NCBI GenBank assembly: GCA_963801165.1
Contig: CAWDDT010000007.1
Span: 1-64,000, forward strand
Reading direction: 5' to 3'
Origin: an uncultured bacterium
Lineage (GTDB): Bacteria > Actinomycetota > Acidimicrobiia > Spongiisociales > UBA5794
DNA length: 64,000 bases
Part shown: positions 19,601-28,921 of the stretch, in pieces
Numbering within the stretch: the first letter of the stretch is position 1
How the letters are laid out: every line of letters starts with the position of its first letter
Made by a program: the position numbers and the translations under genes
Notes under the pieces: generated by a model
What the model was told of the DNA's origin: nothing
The model's database searches: none
Seen by the model: only the letters and a program-made list of their open reading frames with translations

Positions 19601-20466
19601 TGCTGAGCGGGGGCCCACCGGGCGTAGCGGTTCGTCTCGGTCTTGCCGACGGAGGCTTCGAGTACTCCACACAGGGCGATGGGCTCACCGCGGACATGCG
19701 AGCCCGACTCGATCAGATCGTCGCCGACTTCGGCGAGGGCAAGATCGACGCTCCGTCGACTCCGACGGGGCCGCTGCTGACGCTCGATCTCGACGGCAAC
19801 GACGTGACCGACCCGGAGCCCGTGACCTACGAGCTGCCACCCGGCGTCGACGGGTTTGCTCAGGATGCACTGCTGGCCCCCGGGACGTACGAAGTGTCGG
19901 CACTCGGTACGCCGTTCACGATCACGATCGCCGGTGACTGGTTCGTGCAAGTCAACGAGCCGGGTCACACGGTCTTCAGCCACCCGGAAGCCGAGCGAAT
20001 GGGAGATCGAGATGTGGTCTTTCTCCGTCCGACGCTTCTTGCGGATCCCACCAATCCTGGGGCGAGCCTCGATCGACAGGTCTGGTGGCCGCTCGACGAC
20101 ATCGAAGGCTGGCTGGACAAACTGGTCGACGGCATCGTGGCAGCCGGCCCCGAGCAAACCGAGATCGGGGGCCGGCCCGCCGTCTACTTCGAGGTCGAGA
20201 TCACCAACGAAGACGTCTGCGGCACGTTCGGCTACTGCGCCGGCTTCATCATCAACACGTTCTACGACGTCGGCGGAATCAGCGGTCAGAGCTTTGAGCG
20301 AGGATTCCGACATCGGGTGTGGTGGGTGGATGGCGGCGACGAACCGCCTCTAGTGATCATCGCCAGCACCCGTAGCGGTGATCGGAGCTTCGAGGCCCGC
20401 GCCGACGAACTGCTCGGGAGCCTCGTGATCGGCGAGCCGGGTCCTCACCCGCTCGCCGGGGATTAG
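16603..20466 (+). CDS. SARP/BTAD regulator + nSTAND1-type NTPase + TM + BMP-family ligand-binding domain + extra C-terminal domain
   Basis: LGTPKQKAVL, HPLRERL (BTAD); NPFKGL..F, GASGSGKSS, IIDQFEELFT, LPLFQYAL, ELAHEAL; TM LVGTLAGTLGVVALVLLVVFL; NEQGGFLAG, GADVIFAAAG, IGVDNDQ (BMP). Confidence 0.88.
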   Translation: MEFHALGRLAAYRNGDEVDLGTPKQKAVLAFLLINANRPVSVDRLLDAVWGDDGHGKENALRVYLSRLRSALEPERQRGESSLLANRGNAYQLTVDPDHFDVVQFEREAAEGRLLLKTDPAAAAKVLTSALSRWRGPAFDDFVYDDFAQVERMRLNEARVTAIEDRIEADLTLGLAGELLSELEVLRDEHPLRERLVSHQALSLYRAGRPADALRAIERFRRYVGEELGIDPSPQLLRLEEQVLLHDQSIQPRTPRGRSPLGQPEAANPFKGLLPFGPEDAEFFFGRDTLVAELLRMLGIGQRVVALVGASGSGKSSVVRAGLIPALAKGAIEGSDRWLVASMMPGSHPFAELEAALLHSVIDGPDSLDEQLRDGKAGLLRAALRILPTEGSRLLLIIDQFEELFTMVDGDAVRERFLSNLVTAVDDPHDRISVLVTLRADFYGLPLQHPEFGARLGTGVVNVTPMTVEELEAAALKPAERVGVGFEPALLGQLIADVGRQPGALPLFQYALTDLFDRRAGDTLLAATYRSMGGIEGALRRRATDLYQQLDSAHQEAARQLFLRLVSLTEQGQRSRRRVAARDVASLAGDTVTMHDVINLFGDHRLLSFDADPLTGAPTVELAHEALLGAWPTLEGWIDECREDLRRQTALAVAVREWQLADHDPNYLLPAVRLADYEEWCRSSRMALNSAEQAFLEAGRARADDESAADERRRQGEARSRRRLRLLVGTLAGTLGVVALVLLVVFLRGEDPTVTFFDSPSSAWDANIASGLERADRELDMSLVDVPWVVDPPAELRELAATAPEIVIMDEAATSLDPKVMEGFPEVRFGIIDGTAEGSNVTSAVFANEQGGFLAGAAAALKSETGIVGFIGATQLATVEQYRAGFEAGVRSVSPETIVLATFVDQTGETDGFSRPDFAEARAVALFQRGADVIFAAAGQSGLGVFRAADTQSAVVGRDLQVIGVDNDQWFEVPLEERSHVLTSIIKRGDLAAYELVEHMLSGGPPGVAVRLGLADGGFEYSTQGDGLTADMRARLDQIVADFGEGKIDAPSTPTGPLLTLDLDGNDVTDPEPVTYELPPGVDGFAQDALLAPGTYEVSALGTPFTITIAGDWFVQVNEPGHTVFSHPEAERMGDRDVVFLRPTLLADPTNPGASLDRQVWWPLDDIEGWLDKLVDGIVAAGPEQTEIGGRPAVYFEVEITNEDVCGTFGYCAGFIINTFYDVGGISGQSFERGFRHRVWWVDGGDEPPLVIIASTRSGDRSFEARADELLGSLVIGEPGPHPLAGD

Positions 20467-20568
20467 CAAAGCGACCCCGGGCCGTCAGGAGACGACAGAC
20501 ATGACGCGCCGCCTCCAACGCACGCGATACAGAACCCGCAGGCCTACGACCAGACGGCATGACAGAGA

Positions 20569-21024
20569 ATGAGCCTGAGAACAAGACCCGCGTCCCGTAT
20601 TTCTCTGTCGATGGCCGAGGGAACAACTGAACTGGACCACATCGATGGCCACACGATCGTGATCGATCGGCGCCGGGAGCAGGTATGGGCCGCCCTCGAT
20701 CGTTATGTGTCACAGCACATGGTGGCCCGGCACAGCACGAGGCTGGGGAGGATCCTCGGTGCCGACCCACCGGGGGGCTTTGCACGCATCAGCGCCGAAG
20801 AGGGACGCGAAGTCATCTTGACCGGGTGCCACCGTTTCTCCCGCTACCGGCTGTCCTTCGAACTCACGGACACCACCGACGGACGGACCCGATTGACCGC
20901 AACTACCCACGCCACCTTTCCTGGGGTCAGCGGGAAGCTGTACCGGCTAGCGGTCATCGGCAGCCGCGGCCACGCCATGGTGGTGAAACGAATGCTGCGA
21001 TCGGTCGAGCGGCGGTCTCGCTAG
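20569..21024 (+). CDS. Hypothetical protein (SRPBCC-like)
   Basis: VWAAL...GCHRFSRYRLSF...FPGVSGKLYRLAVIGSRGH, a recurring actinobacterial hypothetical pattern. Confidence 0.6.
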   Translation: MSLRTRPASRISLSMAEGTTELDHIDGHTIVIDRRREQVWAALDRYVSQHMVARHSTRLGRILGADPPGGFARISAEEGREVILTGCHRFSRYRLSFELTDTTDGRTRLTATTHATFPGVSGKLYRLAVIGSRGHAMVVKRMLRSVERRSR

Positions 21025-21332
21025 GCGGGCGGGAAGGACCTCGACGACACCGATATCGCAGACCTCGAGTCTGTAGCACCCGATTCACGGCACGCAAACG
21101 CCGGCAAACGGTCGCTCGAGAGACTCGCGCTCAGTAGATCGGACAAGCCGATCCCGCGTGCGGAGGAACACCCGGCGACGAGCCGTCCCTAACCGCAGAG
21201 TGCCGAGTATCCGGGGGATTCCGGTTCTCTCATTCAGGGTCTGTCTCATCTCTATGACGGGTCCGACAGGGGCTAATTCGAGGCGTATAGGATGTGCCGA
21301 TGTCGTGACGCAGGTCCTGAAGGAGGGCTTCC

Positions 21333-22541
21333 ATGTTCGATACCGGCAGTACTGGTTTCATGTTGGTTGCGACCAGCCTGGTGATGCTGATGACGCCGGG
21401 TCTGGCGTTCTTCTACGGTGGGTTGGTAGGCCGCAAGAACGTGCTCTCCATCATGATGCAGAGCTTCGTTTCAATGGGTATTACGACGATTCTCTGGTAC
21501 GCGGTCGGGTTCTCTCTATGCTTCAGCGGAGGCAAGGGCGGGATCATCGGGAACCTTGACATGGCGTTTCTGCGGGGTGTCGATCCGACCACGCCGTTCG
21601 CCGCCGGTCACATCCCGCTGATGGTGTTCATCGCCTACCAGATGATGTTTGCCATCATCACCCCGGCGCTGATCACGGGAGCCTTCGCCAACCGCGTCCG
21701 CTTCGGGCCGTACTTGACGTTCCTGGTGACCTGGCTGATGCTGGTCTACTTCCCCTTTGTGCACATGATTTGGGGCGGTGGCCTGCTGGCTGAGTGGGGC
21801 GTGTTGGACTTCGCGGGCGGCATTGCTGTGCACAACATCGCCGGAATGGCAGCGCTGGCCTCGGTCCTGTTCTTGGGCCGGCGTCGGATCAAAGACCCGA
21901 GGCCCCACAGCATCCCCCTGGTGGCTCTTGGTACGGCACTGCTCTGGTTCGGTTGGTACGGCTTCAACGCCGGCAGTCAGTTGCAGGTGGATGGGATCAC
22001 GGCCCAGGCATTCCTCAACACCGATATTGCTGCGTCGTTCGCCGCGATCACCTGGATGTCCGTCGCGTGGGTCAGAGACAAGCGGCCCAGCTTCGTCGGG
22101 CTGCTCACCGGCGCGGTCGCCGGGTTGGCCACCATCACTCCGGCCGCAGGATTCGTATCCACGAACAGTGCCGTCATCATTGGTATCGTCGCCGGCCTTG
22201 CGTGCTATGCCGCCGTCGGGATGAAGAACGCTCTGGATTGGGACGACGCGCTGGATGTGTGGGGCGTGCACGGAGTCGGCGGCGCCGTTGGCGTTGTGCT
22301 GCTCGGCGTGTTCGCCAGCACCGCCGTCAACGCCGCCGGCGCGGATGGTCTCCTCCTTGGGGGCGGCAGCTTCTTCGGAAAGGAGCTCATCGCGGTCATC
22401 GCGTCCTCGGCGTACGCGTTCGCCTTCACCTACGGCATGCTCTGGATCATCAACAAGGTCACCCCGGTTCACACCACCGAGATCGAGGAAGGCGAATTGG
22501 ACGCCTCGCTGCTCGGCGAGTCCGCGTATGAGCAGTTGTAG
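21333..22541 (+). CDS. amt: Ammonium transporter
   Basis: TPGLAFFYGG, QMMFAIITPAL, DFAGGIAVH, LWFGWYGFN, DDALDVWGVHGVGG; AGGAGG RBS. Confidence 0.96.
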   Translation: MFDTGSTGFMLVATSLVMLMTPGLAFFYGGLVGRKNVLSIMMQSFVSMGITTILWYAVGFSLCFSGGKGGIIGNLDMAFLRGVDPTTPFAAGHIPLMVFIAYQMMFAIITPALITGAFANRVRFGPYLTFLVTWLMLVYFPFVHMIWGGGLLAEWGVLDFAGGIAVHNIAGMAALASVLFLGRRRIKDPRPHSIPLVALGTALLWFGWYGFNAGSQLQVDGITAQAFLNTDIAASFAAITWMSVAWVRDKRPSFVGLLTGAVAGLATITPAAGFVSTNSAVIIGIVAGLACYAAVGMKNALDWDDALDVWGVHGVGGAVGVVLLGVFASTAVNAAGADGLLLGGGSFFGKELIAVIASSAYAFAFTYGMLWIINKVTPVHTTEIEEGELDASLLGESAYEQL

Positions 22542-22582
22542 GGAACAGACGGCGACCGCAAGGGGACTTCCCCCGGCGCTGG

Positions 22583-22627
22583 GTTGTTGCGGATGGCGGT
22601 ACGACGCTCGGGTCTGAGCCCGACGAG
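22583..22627 (-). pseudogene. Highly degenerate tRNA-fMet 3' remnant, copy C
   Basis: TACGACGCTCGGGTCTGAGCCCGACGAG versus expected TACGACCTTCGGGTTATGAGCCCGACGAG. Confidence 0.45.
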
Positions 22628-22660
22628 TATGTGATCCCGACCGGTTCGATCACTTCGTCC

Positions 22661-24262
22661 TCATTGCAGCGCCTGCACCGCGGCGCGTTCAATCGCCAGC
22701 CCCTTCTGATGGCGGGCAAAGAACGCATCGAACCCGGCGACGTCTTGCGGGTCGGGAGTGACCGGGGCGCCGATGCTCCCCGCCATGACGCCGTCCAGGT
22801 AGTCGGGGAGTGACTGCCCGGCGTCGTCGCGAAGCATGTAGGCAGCGAGTACCGCCATGCCCCAGGCACCACCCTCGCCGGCCGTCGCCGGGAGGCTGAC
22901 GGGGACGTTGAGTGCGGCTGCCATCATCCGCTGCCCGGTGTCACCGCCCTTGAAGAAGCCGCCGTGCCCCCGGATCTCCTCGATGACCACACCCTCCTCC
23001 TCGGTGAGGATGTTCACGCCGCTACGGATTGCGCAGAGCGATGAGTAGAACATCGCCCGCATGAAGTTCTCGATCGTGAACCGGCCGTCCTGATTGCGGA
23101 CAACGAGCGGCCGACCCTCCACAAAGCCGGTGATGTGCTCACCGGAGACGTAGTTGATGGCGAGAAGCCCGCCTGCGTCGGGTTGGCCGGCGAGGGCGAG
23201 CGGGGGGAGCCTCTCGTAGAGCTCGGCCGGTGATGCCGGGGCGCCCAGTGCAGCCGCAACCTGGCCAAATAGGGCCAGCCAGGCGTCGAGGTCCGACGAG
23301 CCGTTGTTGGCGTGGACCATTGCCACCGGTCGGCCGTCCGGAGTCACGATGACGTCGATCTCTTCGTGGACGCGTGAGACGCTTCTCTCCAGCACGATCA
23401 TGGCAAAGACCGAGGTCCCTGCCGATACGTTCGCCGACCGGGGACGGACGGTATTGGTCGCCACCATGCCGGTCGCCGCGTCGCCTTCGGGTGCGCAGAG
23501 CGGGATTCCAGCCCCGAGTGCACCCGACGGATCCAGCAGCCTGGCGCCTTCAGGGGTCAGCGTCCCGGCGGGCACTCCCGCCGCCAGGACAGCAGGCAGG
23601 ACGTCGCCGAGTGTCCAGCTGAACCCGCGTGGTGCTATGAGTTCGTCGAACTTCGCCATGCGCCCGGCGTCCCATTCGCCGCTCACCGGGTCTATTGGGA
23701 AAATCCCCGAGGCTTCATCGAAGCCCGCGACGTGCTTGCCCGTCAGCCTCCAATGGACGTATGTCGCCAGCGTCTTGAGATGGGCCAAGTCGGTGAGATG
23801 AGGCTGTTCCTCGAGTATCGACTGATAAAGGTGTGCGATGGTCCAGCGCTGTGGCACCGCAAAGGAGAGGAGAGGCGTCAACTCTGCACACGCCTGCTCG
23901 GTGATGTTGTTGCGCCAGGTTCGGAACGGTACGAGCAGGTCGCCGTCGGCGTCGAGAGCTACGTAGCCGTGCATCATGGCGCTGATGCCGAGCGCGGCAA
24001 ACGTCGTGAGTTCCACACCGTGGCGCGCGCGGACATCCTCGACCAGCGACGCGTACGACCCCGCGAGCCCCTTCCACACCTCCGCCAAGTCATAGGTCCA
24101 CACCCCGTCCCGGAGCTGGTTCTCCCAGACATACGAGCCAGAGGCCAGGGGGGTTGTGTCCGGGCCGATCAACGCTGCCTTGATGCGGGTCGAGCCAAAT
24201 TCGATCCCAACGATCCCCCGGCCCGAACGGATCACCTCGACGCTGCTCGATACCTCGTTCAA
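22661..24262 (-). CDS. FGGY pentulose kinase (L-ribulokinase/xylulokinase-like)
   Basis: GIEFGSTRIKA, SAMMHGY, PFRTWRN, PEGDA, SAGTS, GHGGFF, EGGAWG. Confidence 0.88.
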   Translation of the reverse strand: MNEVSSSVEVIRSGRGIVGIEFGSTRIKAALIGPDTTPLASGSYVWENQLRDGVWTYDLAEVWKGLAGSYASLVEDVRARHGVELTTFAALGISAMMHGYVALDADGDLLVPFRTWRNNITEQACAELTPLLSFAVPQRWTIAHLYQSILEEQPHLTDLAHLKTLATYVHWRLTGKHVAGFDEASGIFPIDPVSGEWDAGRMAKFDELIAPRGFSWTLGDVLPAVLAAGVPAGTLTPEGARLLDPSGALGAGIPLCAPEGDAATGMVATNTVRPRSANVSAGTSVFAMIVLERSVSRVHEEIDVIVTPDGRPVAMVHANNGSSDLDAWLALFGQVAAALGAPASPAELYERLPPLALAGQPDAGGLLAINYVSGEHITGFVEGRPLVVRNQDGRFTIENFMRAMFYSSLCAIRSGVNILTEEEGVVIEEIRGHGGFFKGGDTGQRMMAAALNVPVSLPATAGEGGAWGMAVLAAYMLRDDAGQSLPDYLDGVMAGSIGAPVTPDPQDVAGFDAFFARHQKGLAIERAAVQALQ

Positions 24263-24360
24263 TGCAGACCTCCCAGGTCACCTGAGTCAGATGGAAACTG
24301 AACGTGCAAAGGCGACGATAGACCTTGCGACCCCACGACGATCCCTGAACCCAAGCTCAG

Positions 24361-25560
24361 CTATAGGGAGAAGAGCCGCTGTTCCGCTCCGAGATGTGGT
24401 GCCCAAGCGATCCGGCCCACGCGGGCGAAACGCATGTACGCGAGCAGCCCTTCGCGCATGGACACGACGAACCCGTCGGTACGGCTCGGGACGAAACCAT
24501 CTTCCCACCAGATGTTGAGCACCCGCACGCAGCCTTCGTCCACGTCGATTCGCGGCTCGATACGCCCCACGAGGTGATCGCCGAACATGATCGGCAGGAC
24601 GTACCAGCCCCAACGGCGCTTGGCCGCCGGGAAGTAGCCTTCCCATACGTATTCGAAGTCGAACAGCCTCGCGAGAAGGGCGGTGTCCCACAGCAACGAG
24701 TCGAACGGCGCGATGAAGGCGACAGAATGCGCCGGCTCTGGTGGTGTCTCTAGCAGCGCGAGTTCCTCGGCGACGACGAATCGTTTGCCGCGTATGCCTT
24801 CGACTTCGACGGTGACCAACGCGCCGGACTCGACAAGTTCCTTGTGCAACTGCCTGCGGTCCTGTGGATCCGCGATACGGGCGAAGGTGCCACCGGCGCC
24901 GCCGGCACCGAGCAGGCCGTGCGCCCGATACCGCGACAGCAGCTTGTGCCTGAGCTGATCACGCTCCGGCACCTCGTGGGAGAGCAAGTCAGGCGGCAGT
25001 AACCGCTCGAGCAGGTCGTAGTAACGCCGGTTGCCGTCGCGTCGCGCCAGGCCGAGCACGCCGCTGACCGTGTACGCCTCGAAAACGGCGCGCACCGCGT
25101 TTTCCGGCAAGCCGAACCAGTTCTTGGTCGGGCTGCTCTCACTTTCGAAGTCGGCCGAGGACATCGGCCCCTCCGTTCGGATCCGTTCGACAACGCGCTC
25201 GGCCACTGCGGCGTTGTCGGCGAGAGCCTGGGCGTGGAATCGGGGCCCTTTTCGGCCCGAATTCACCCGGAACCATGGGAACTCGCCGGCGAGTATGAAC
25301 GACAGTGCCTTGTTGGTGGTCTCGAAGATCTCACGCCGCTCGAACAGCTCGTCGCACCACGCAGGCTCGTATCCCGCGACGCGGGCATGCAGCACCAGAT
25401 CGTGGTTGCGGCCGGCCACCGCGATCGGATCGAACTGGATCGATCCCAACCGCCGCAAGACCTCCAGCACGCCGTCGGGTCCTCCCGCGACCGACCGCGC
25501 CGGCGCGAGGAAGTGCCGAGCGAGAAGAAAGCGACGCGCCGCATCGGCCGTGACCCGCAC
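24361..25560 (-). CDS. YcaQ/AlkZ-like (HTH_42) crosslink-repair DNA glycosylase
   Basis: IQFDPI (QxD), APFDSLLWD, FEYVWEGY.P..KRRWGWYVLP. Confidence 0.85.
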   Translation of the reverse strand: MRVTADAARRFLLARHFLAPARSVAGGPDGVLEVLRRLGSIQFDPIAVAGRNHDLVLHARVAGYEPAWCDELFERREIFETTNKALSFILAGEFPWFRVNSGRKGPRFHAQALADNAAVAERVVERIRTEGPMSSADFESESSPTKNWFGLPENAVRAVFEAYTVSGVLGLARRDGNRRYYDLLERLLPPDLLSHEVPERDQLRHKLLSRYRAHGLLGAGGAGGTFARIADPQDRRQLHKELVESGALVTVEVEGIRGKRFVVAEELALLETPPEPAHSVAFIAPFDSLLWDTALLARLFDFEYVWEGYFPAAKRRWGWYVLPIMFGDHLVGRIEPRIDVDEGCVRVLNIWWEDGFVPSRTDGFVVSMREGLLAYMRFARVGRIAWAPHLGAEQRLFSL

Positions 25561-25663
25561 CCGGCGAACCCTAGCGGTGGGGTCCCGCCAACAGCTTCAC
25601 CACACTGCTGCCAGAGAGAGACCCGACAACTGATTCAGGCCCCGGGCAGCAGGGACTTCCGGT

Positions 25664-25708
25664 TCGTGGCGGGGGGAGGATTTGAACCTCCGACCTTGGG
25701 GATATGAG
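25664..25708 (-). pseudogene. tRNA-fMet 3' half, copy D
   Basis: Reverse complement CTCATATCCCCAAGGTCGGAGGTTCAAATCCTCCCCCCGCCACGA: CAT anticodon, intact T-arm GGAGG-TTCAAAT-CCTCC, acceptor strand; 5' half absent. Confidence 0.75.
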
Positions 25709-25959
25709 TTACATGGCACGGTTCGGACACATATCGCTAGGTCGGCCCTCGTAGCCTCCAATCCGGTGGCTGGACCCATTGGTGATGCGCAATTCGGATG
25801 GAGACGATTCCCTCCGGCGGCGTTCGTCTGACGCCGTAGGGCACGCTCGGCCGACCAACCGAGGCATCCGGATTCATAGTCGATCCTGACAACATCTTGC
25901 GGGGGGGCTTCCCGGCGGTACGTTAGCCTCCGCTCGCCATTTCCGAGCAGCGGAGTCAT

Positions 25960-26335
25960 CTGCTCCCAGCAATCCCTGATCCGTTATTCCACCCACCGGC
26001 CAAAGGTTGGAATACGAAACGTGAACATCGTTCTCCTCGAGGATGGCAAGCTGGTGGAGGGTTGGTTCGGGATGGACCAACTGGTGGCGATGTAGCAGAT
26101 GGAGGCTGCCGAGTCTTCACCGCCCGGCCCGCTCAACCAAAGCGAACTGGACCAGCTTCGGGGGCTCGTGTTTCAAGCCGTTACCGATCAGAAACAGACC
26201 AGAAACCGCCCTCATCTCGATTCCCGCCCCGAGAATCAGGACACCGAGGTCGAGCGACTCATCCGCCGGACGAACCTGCTCGTGACGGCAGCCTGGAAGC
26301 GCCACGACCACGGTCGGCGGGCCGGTCACTGCTAA
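25960..26335 (+). pseudogene. SnoaL/ester-cyclase-like fragment
   Basis: IPPTGQRLEY..[shift]..NIVLLEDGKLVEGWFGMDQLVAM* with an internal TAG. Confidence 0.5.
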
Positions 26336-26358
26336 GGGCCGGACTGTACAATTCGCTG

Positions 26359-28197
26359 ATGCGAACGAGGGTCGGTCGGGTGTGGATTGCCGCTGCCAGT
26401 GTCTTGGTGGCTACCGCCTGCTCGGGCGGAGCGCAGCAGGAGGTCACAACCACCACCGCGACGAGCACGACCGTTGCCACGTTGGATCGCTCGACGAGCA
26501 CAACGGGCACGACGACGAGCACGACGACGAGCACGACGGAGGCGGCTGCGGCTTCCCACCGGTTCGACTACTCGAATGGTCCCGTCGTGGTGTTGCAGCC
26601 GCTGCCGCCGCTCACCGATCCGACGCTGCCGTTCGCTGCGGGGTCCGTGGACTACTTCGCCCTATTCGCACCGGATGCTCCTTGGACGGAAGCCGCCAAG
26701 AGGGTCGACGTCTTCGAGGTGCCGACGACATGGGTGCGGCACTACTCGACCGACGAACAGGTGCACGCCCTGATCGACGGTCTGGCGAGCCGTGGTATCG
26801 CCCTTTCGTTGCAGCTGGGCCCGCTCCCCGGCCCCGAAACCTCGGAGGGCTGCACAGGCGGCGAGAGCTACGGAGGGGTGTACGAGATCGAAATGATGCA
26901 GCGGATCATGGATCTCGGGGGCACCGTCGACGTCATCTCCTTCGATGAGCCCTACGCCTTTGGGCACAAGGCCGATGGTCCTACGAGTTGCGAGCGGCCC
27001 CTCGAGCAAATCGCCGCCGAGGCCGCTGGCTTCACCCGCTTGGCACGGGCCCTCAACCCGAATGTCATCGTTGGCGACATAGAACCGATGTGGGTCCAGC
27101 CCGAGATCGGTGCCGCCGACATGGCTGCCTGGCTTGACGCCTATGAGGCTGCTGCCGGTGAGCCGTTCGCATTCCTCCACATCGACATGGATTGGACCCG
27201 ACCCGGCTGGGCCCAGGTAGCCCGCCAGGTCGAAGCCGTTGCTGACGAACGGGACGTCCCGTTCGGAGTGATCTACTTCGGGGGGCCCGAAGGCACCTCC
27301 GATCAGACATGGATCCAACTCGCGGCCGAACACGCCTACGAGTTCGAGCAGGTCGCCGGGGGAACCCCGGCGGACATCCCGATCTCATCCTGGGAGGACT
27401 ACCCCCAGCGCACACTGCCGGAATCTGACCCCAACACACTCACCGGGCTCGTCGACCGCTACTTTGCGCCGAGAACGACCCTCACAATCACACAAGGAAC
27501 CGGGGCTTCCGGGGTGCTTCCGGTAGCCGCCACGCTCCAGACGACCACCGGCGAGGCGGTCGCCGACGCAAGCGTCTCCGTTGACGTGACCCCGCGGGAT
27601 GGTCAGATGCAGACACAGTCCACCACAGGCCGGGTGCCCGACAGCGCGGTGAGTGCCGTCGGCATCGTCAGGGTCAACACCGAAGGCGCCGGACCGGGCG
27701 CCACCGACATTCGTCTCTATGAAGCCACCTATTCGGACGACGGCGGCGCCAACGGACTCCCCGCGGTCACGCACACTGGCTGGGCACCGTATGGCGCCGG
27801 GTCCGGCACGTTCCCGGCTTCCGACCACGGGAGCGGAACGATGCTGCAACTCTCCGCACAGCCGGATCAGGATCTCTTCGTCGACTCGAGTGTGTTCCCG
27901 GTGACTGCCGGCACCGCCTTCGAATTCGCCGTCGACGACTCGGTACCCGAGACATCGATCGGCACCGCCTACGTCGGAGTCGTGTTCCTTGGCTCGGACG
28001 GCCTGGAGATCAGCAGAACGATCATCCCCTTCGAATCGGCACCACAGCGACTCGGGACGGTCAGGACGGACGCCTCAGGATCCGGTGTCGCCGACTTCGA
28101 CGGGCTTGGAGCAGGCAGATACTCGGTTCGGCTGTCCTACCCCGGTGACCTGAATCACTGGCCGAGCAGCAGTGACTACGACACGACGGTGGAGTGA
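26359..28197 (+). CDS. Lipoprotein of unknown function (putative TIM-barrel/glycoside hydrolase-like domain plus beta-rich domains)
   Basis: TACAAT -10 just before ATG (leaderless-style); lipobox ATAC; Thr-rich linker; SFDEP and GDIEP acidic motifs. Confidence 0.7.
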   Translation: MRTRVGRVWIAAASVLVATACSGGAQQEVTTTTATSTTVATLDRSTSTTGTTTSTTTSTTEAAAASHRFDYSNGPVVVLQPLPPLTDPTLPFAAGSVDYFALFAPDAPWTEAAKRVDVFEVPTTWVRHYSTDEQVHALIDGLASRGIALSLQLGPLPGPETSEGCTGGESYGGVYEIEMMQRIMDLGGTVDVISFDEPYAFGHKADGPTSCERPLEQIAAEAAGFTRLARALNPNVIVGDIEPMWVQPEIGAADMAAWLDAYEAAAGEPFAFLHIDMDWTRPGWAQVARQVEAVADERDVPFGVIYFGGPEGTSDQTWIQLAAEHAYEFEQVAGGTPADIPISSWEDYPQRTLPESDPNTLTGLVDRYFAPRTTLTITQGTGASGVLPVAATLQTTTGEAVADASVSVDVTPRDGQMQTQSTTGRVPDSAVSAVGIVRVNTEGAGPGATDIRLYEATYSDDGGANGLPAVTHTGWAPYGAGSGTFPASDHGSGTMLQLSAQPDQDLFVDSSVFPVTAGTAFEFAVDDSVPETSIGTAYVGVVFLGSDGLEISRTIIPFESAPQRLGTVRTDASGSGVADFDGLGAGRYSVRLSYPGDLNHWPSSSDYDTTVE

Positions 28198-28329
28198 AGC
28201 TTCTCCGGCAGCTTTTGAGAGCTCCACTGCGGCCCGAATCTGATCCCCGACCACGCGGAAACGCTCGTTGACCCCACCGAGCAGGACAGGGTCGGAGGTA
28301 GCTGATGCAACCCGTGCGGTGCGTGGTAC

Positions 28330-28869
28330 GTGCCGCCGACCGCGTCCCGCGGCTGTCCGAGGATCTCATCGCATACATTGGCGGGGACGAACACCCCGCG
28401 CTCATCCAAGGCTGTGATTGCTTTGGGACCAGCCGATAGCCCGGAGCGATCGGACGCGGCACATACCTGGCTTCGCACCTTCGCCGGCGCCACCCTCAGG
28501 GCATGTCAAGACGCCCAAACCTACGCCGTGCGGATCGACAGCCTGGTAGACCAATGGCGGAGTGCCCTCGGCACCGTCCGCAAAGGGTCGGCACTCGACC
28601 TCCTTCTCGACGTTCTACCCGACACTCCACTCATGACCGTCGACTCTGCCGCCCGGCTGGTCGACCGCTCCGATGTGGCGGTGGGGGCGGCCATCAACCG
28701 TCTCGCCGACGCCGAGGTACTCACCCAACGCAATATCGGCAAGCAGCGCTACCGGATCTTCGAGGCACCCGAGGTGCTCGAGCTCTTCACATCAATGGAA
28801 CGAGCGCTTGCCAGCCCGACCGGCGACACCACTACAGAGTCTCCTATCGGGCCGGTACCGAGACGATGA
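28330..28869 (+). pseudogene. Fic-family protein C-terminal (wHTH) fragment
   Basis: WLRTFA...AINRLADAEVL..RNIGKQRYRIFEAPEV..ERALASPTGDT; the HPFxxGNGR core is missing. Confidence 0.6.
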
Positions 28870-28921
28870 CGGCGCTAGCAAAACCTAGAGCCCTCGGACC
28901 TTTGCGGGCCTGAGGGCCCTT

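Noticed and set aside
26445-26540. ACGACGAGC repeats
   Set aside because: They encode an ordinary Thr/Ser lipoprotein linker
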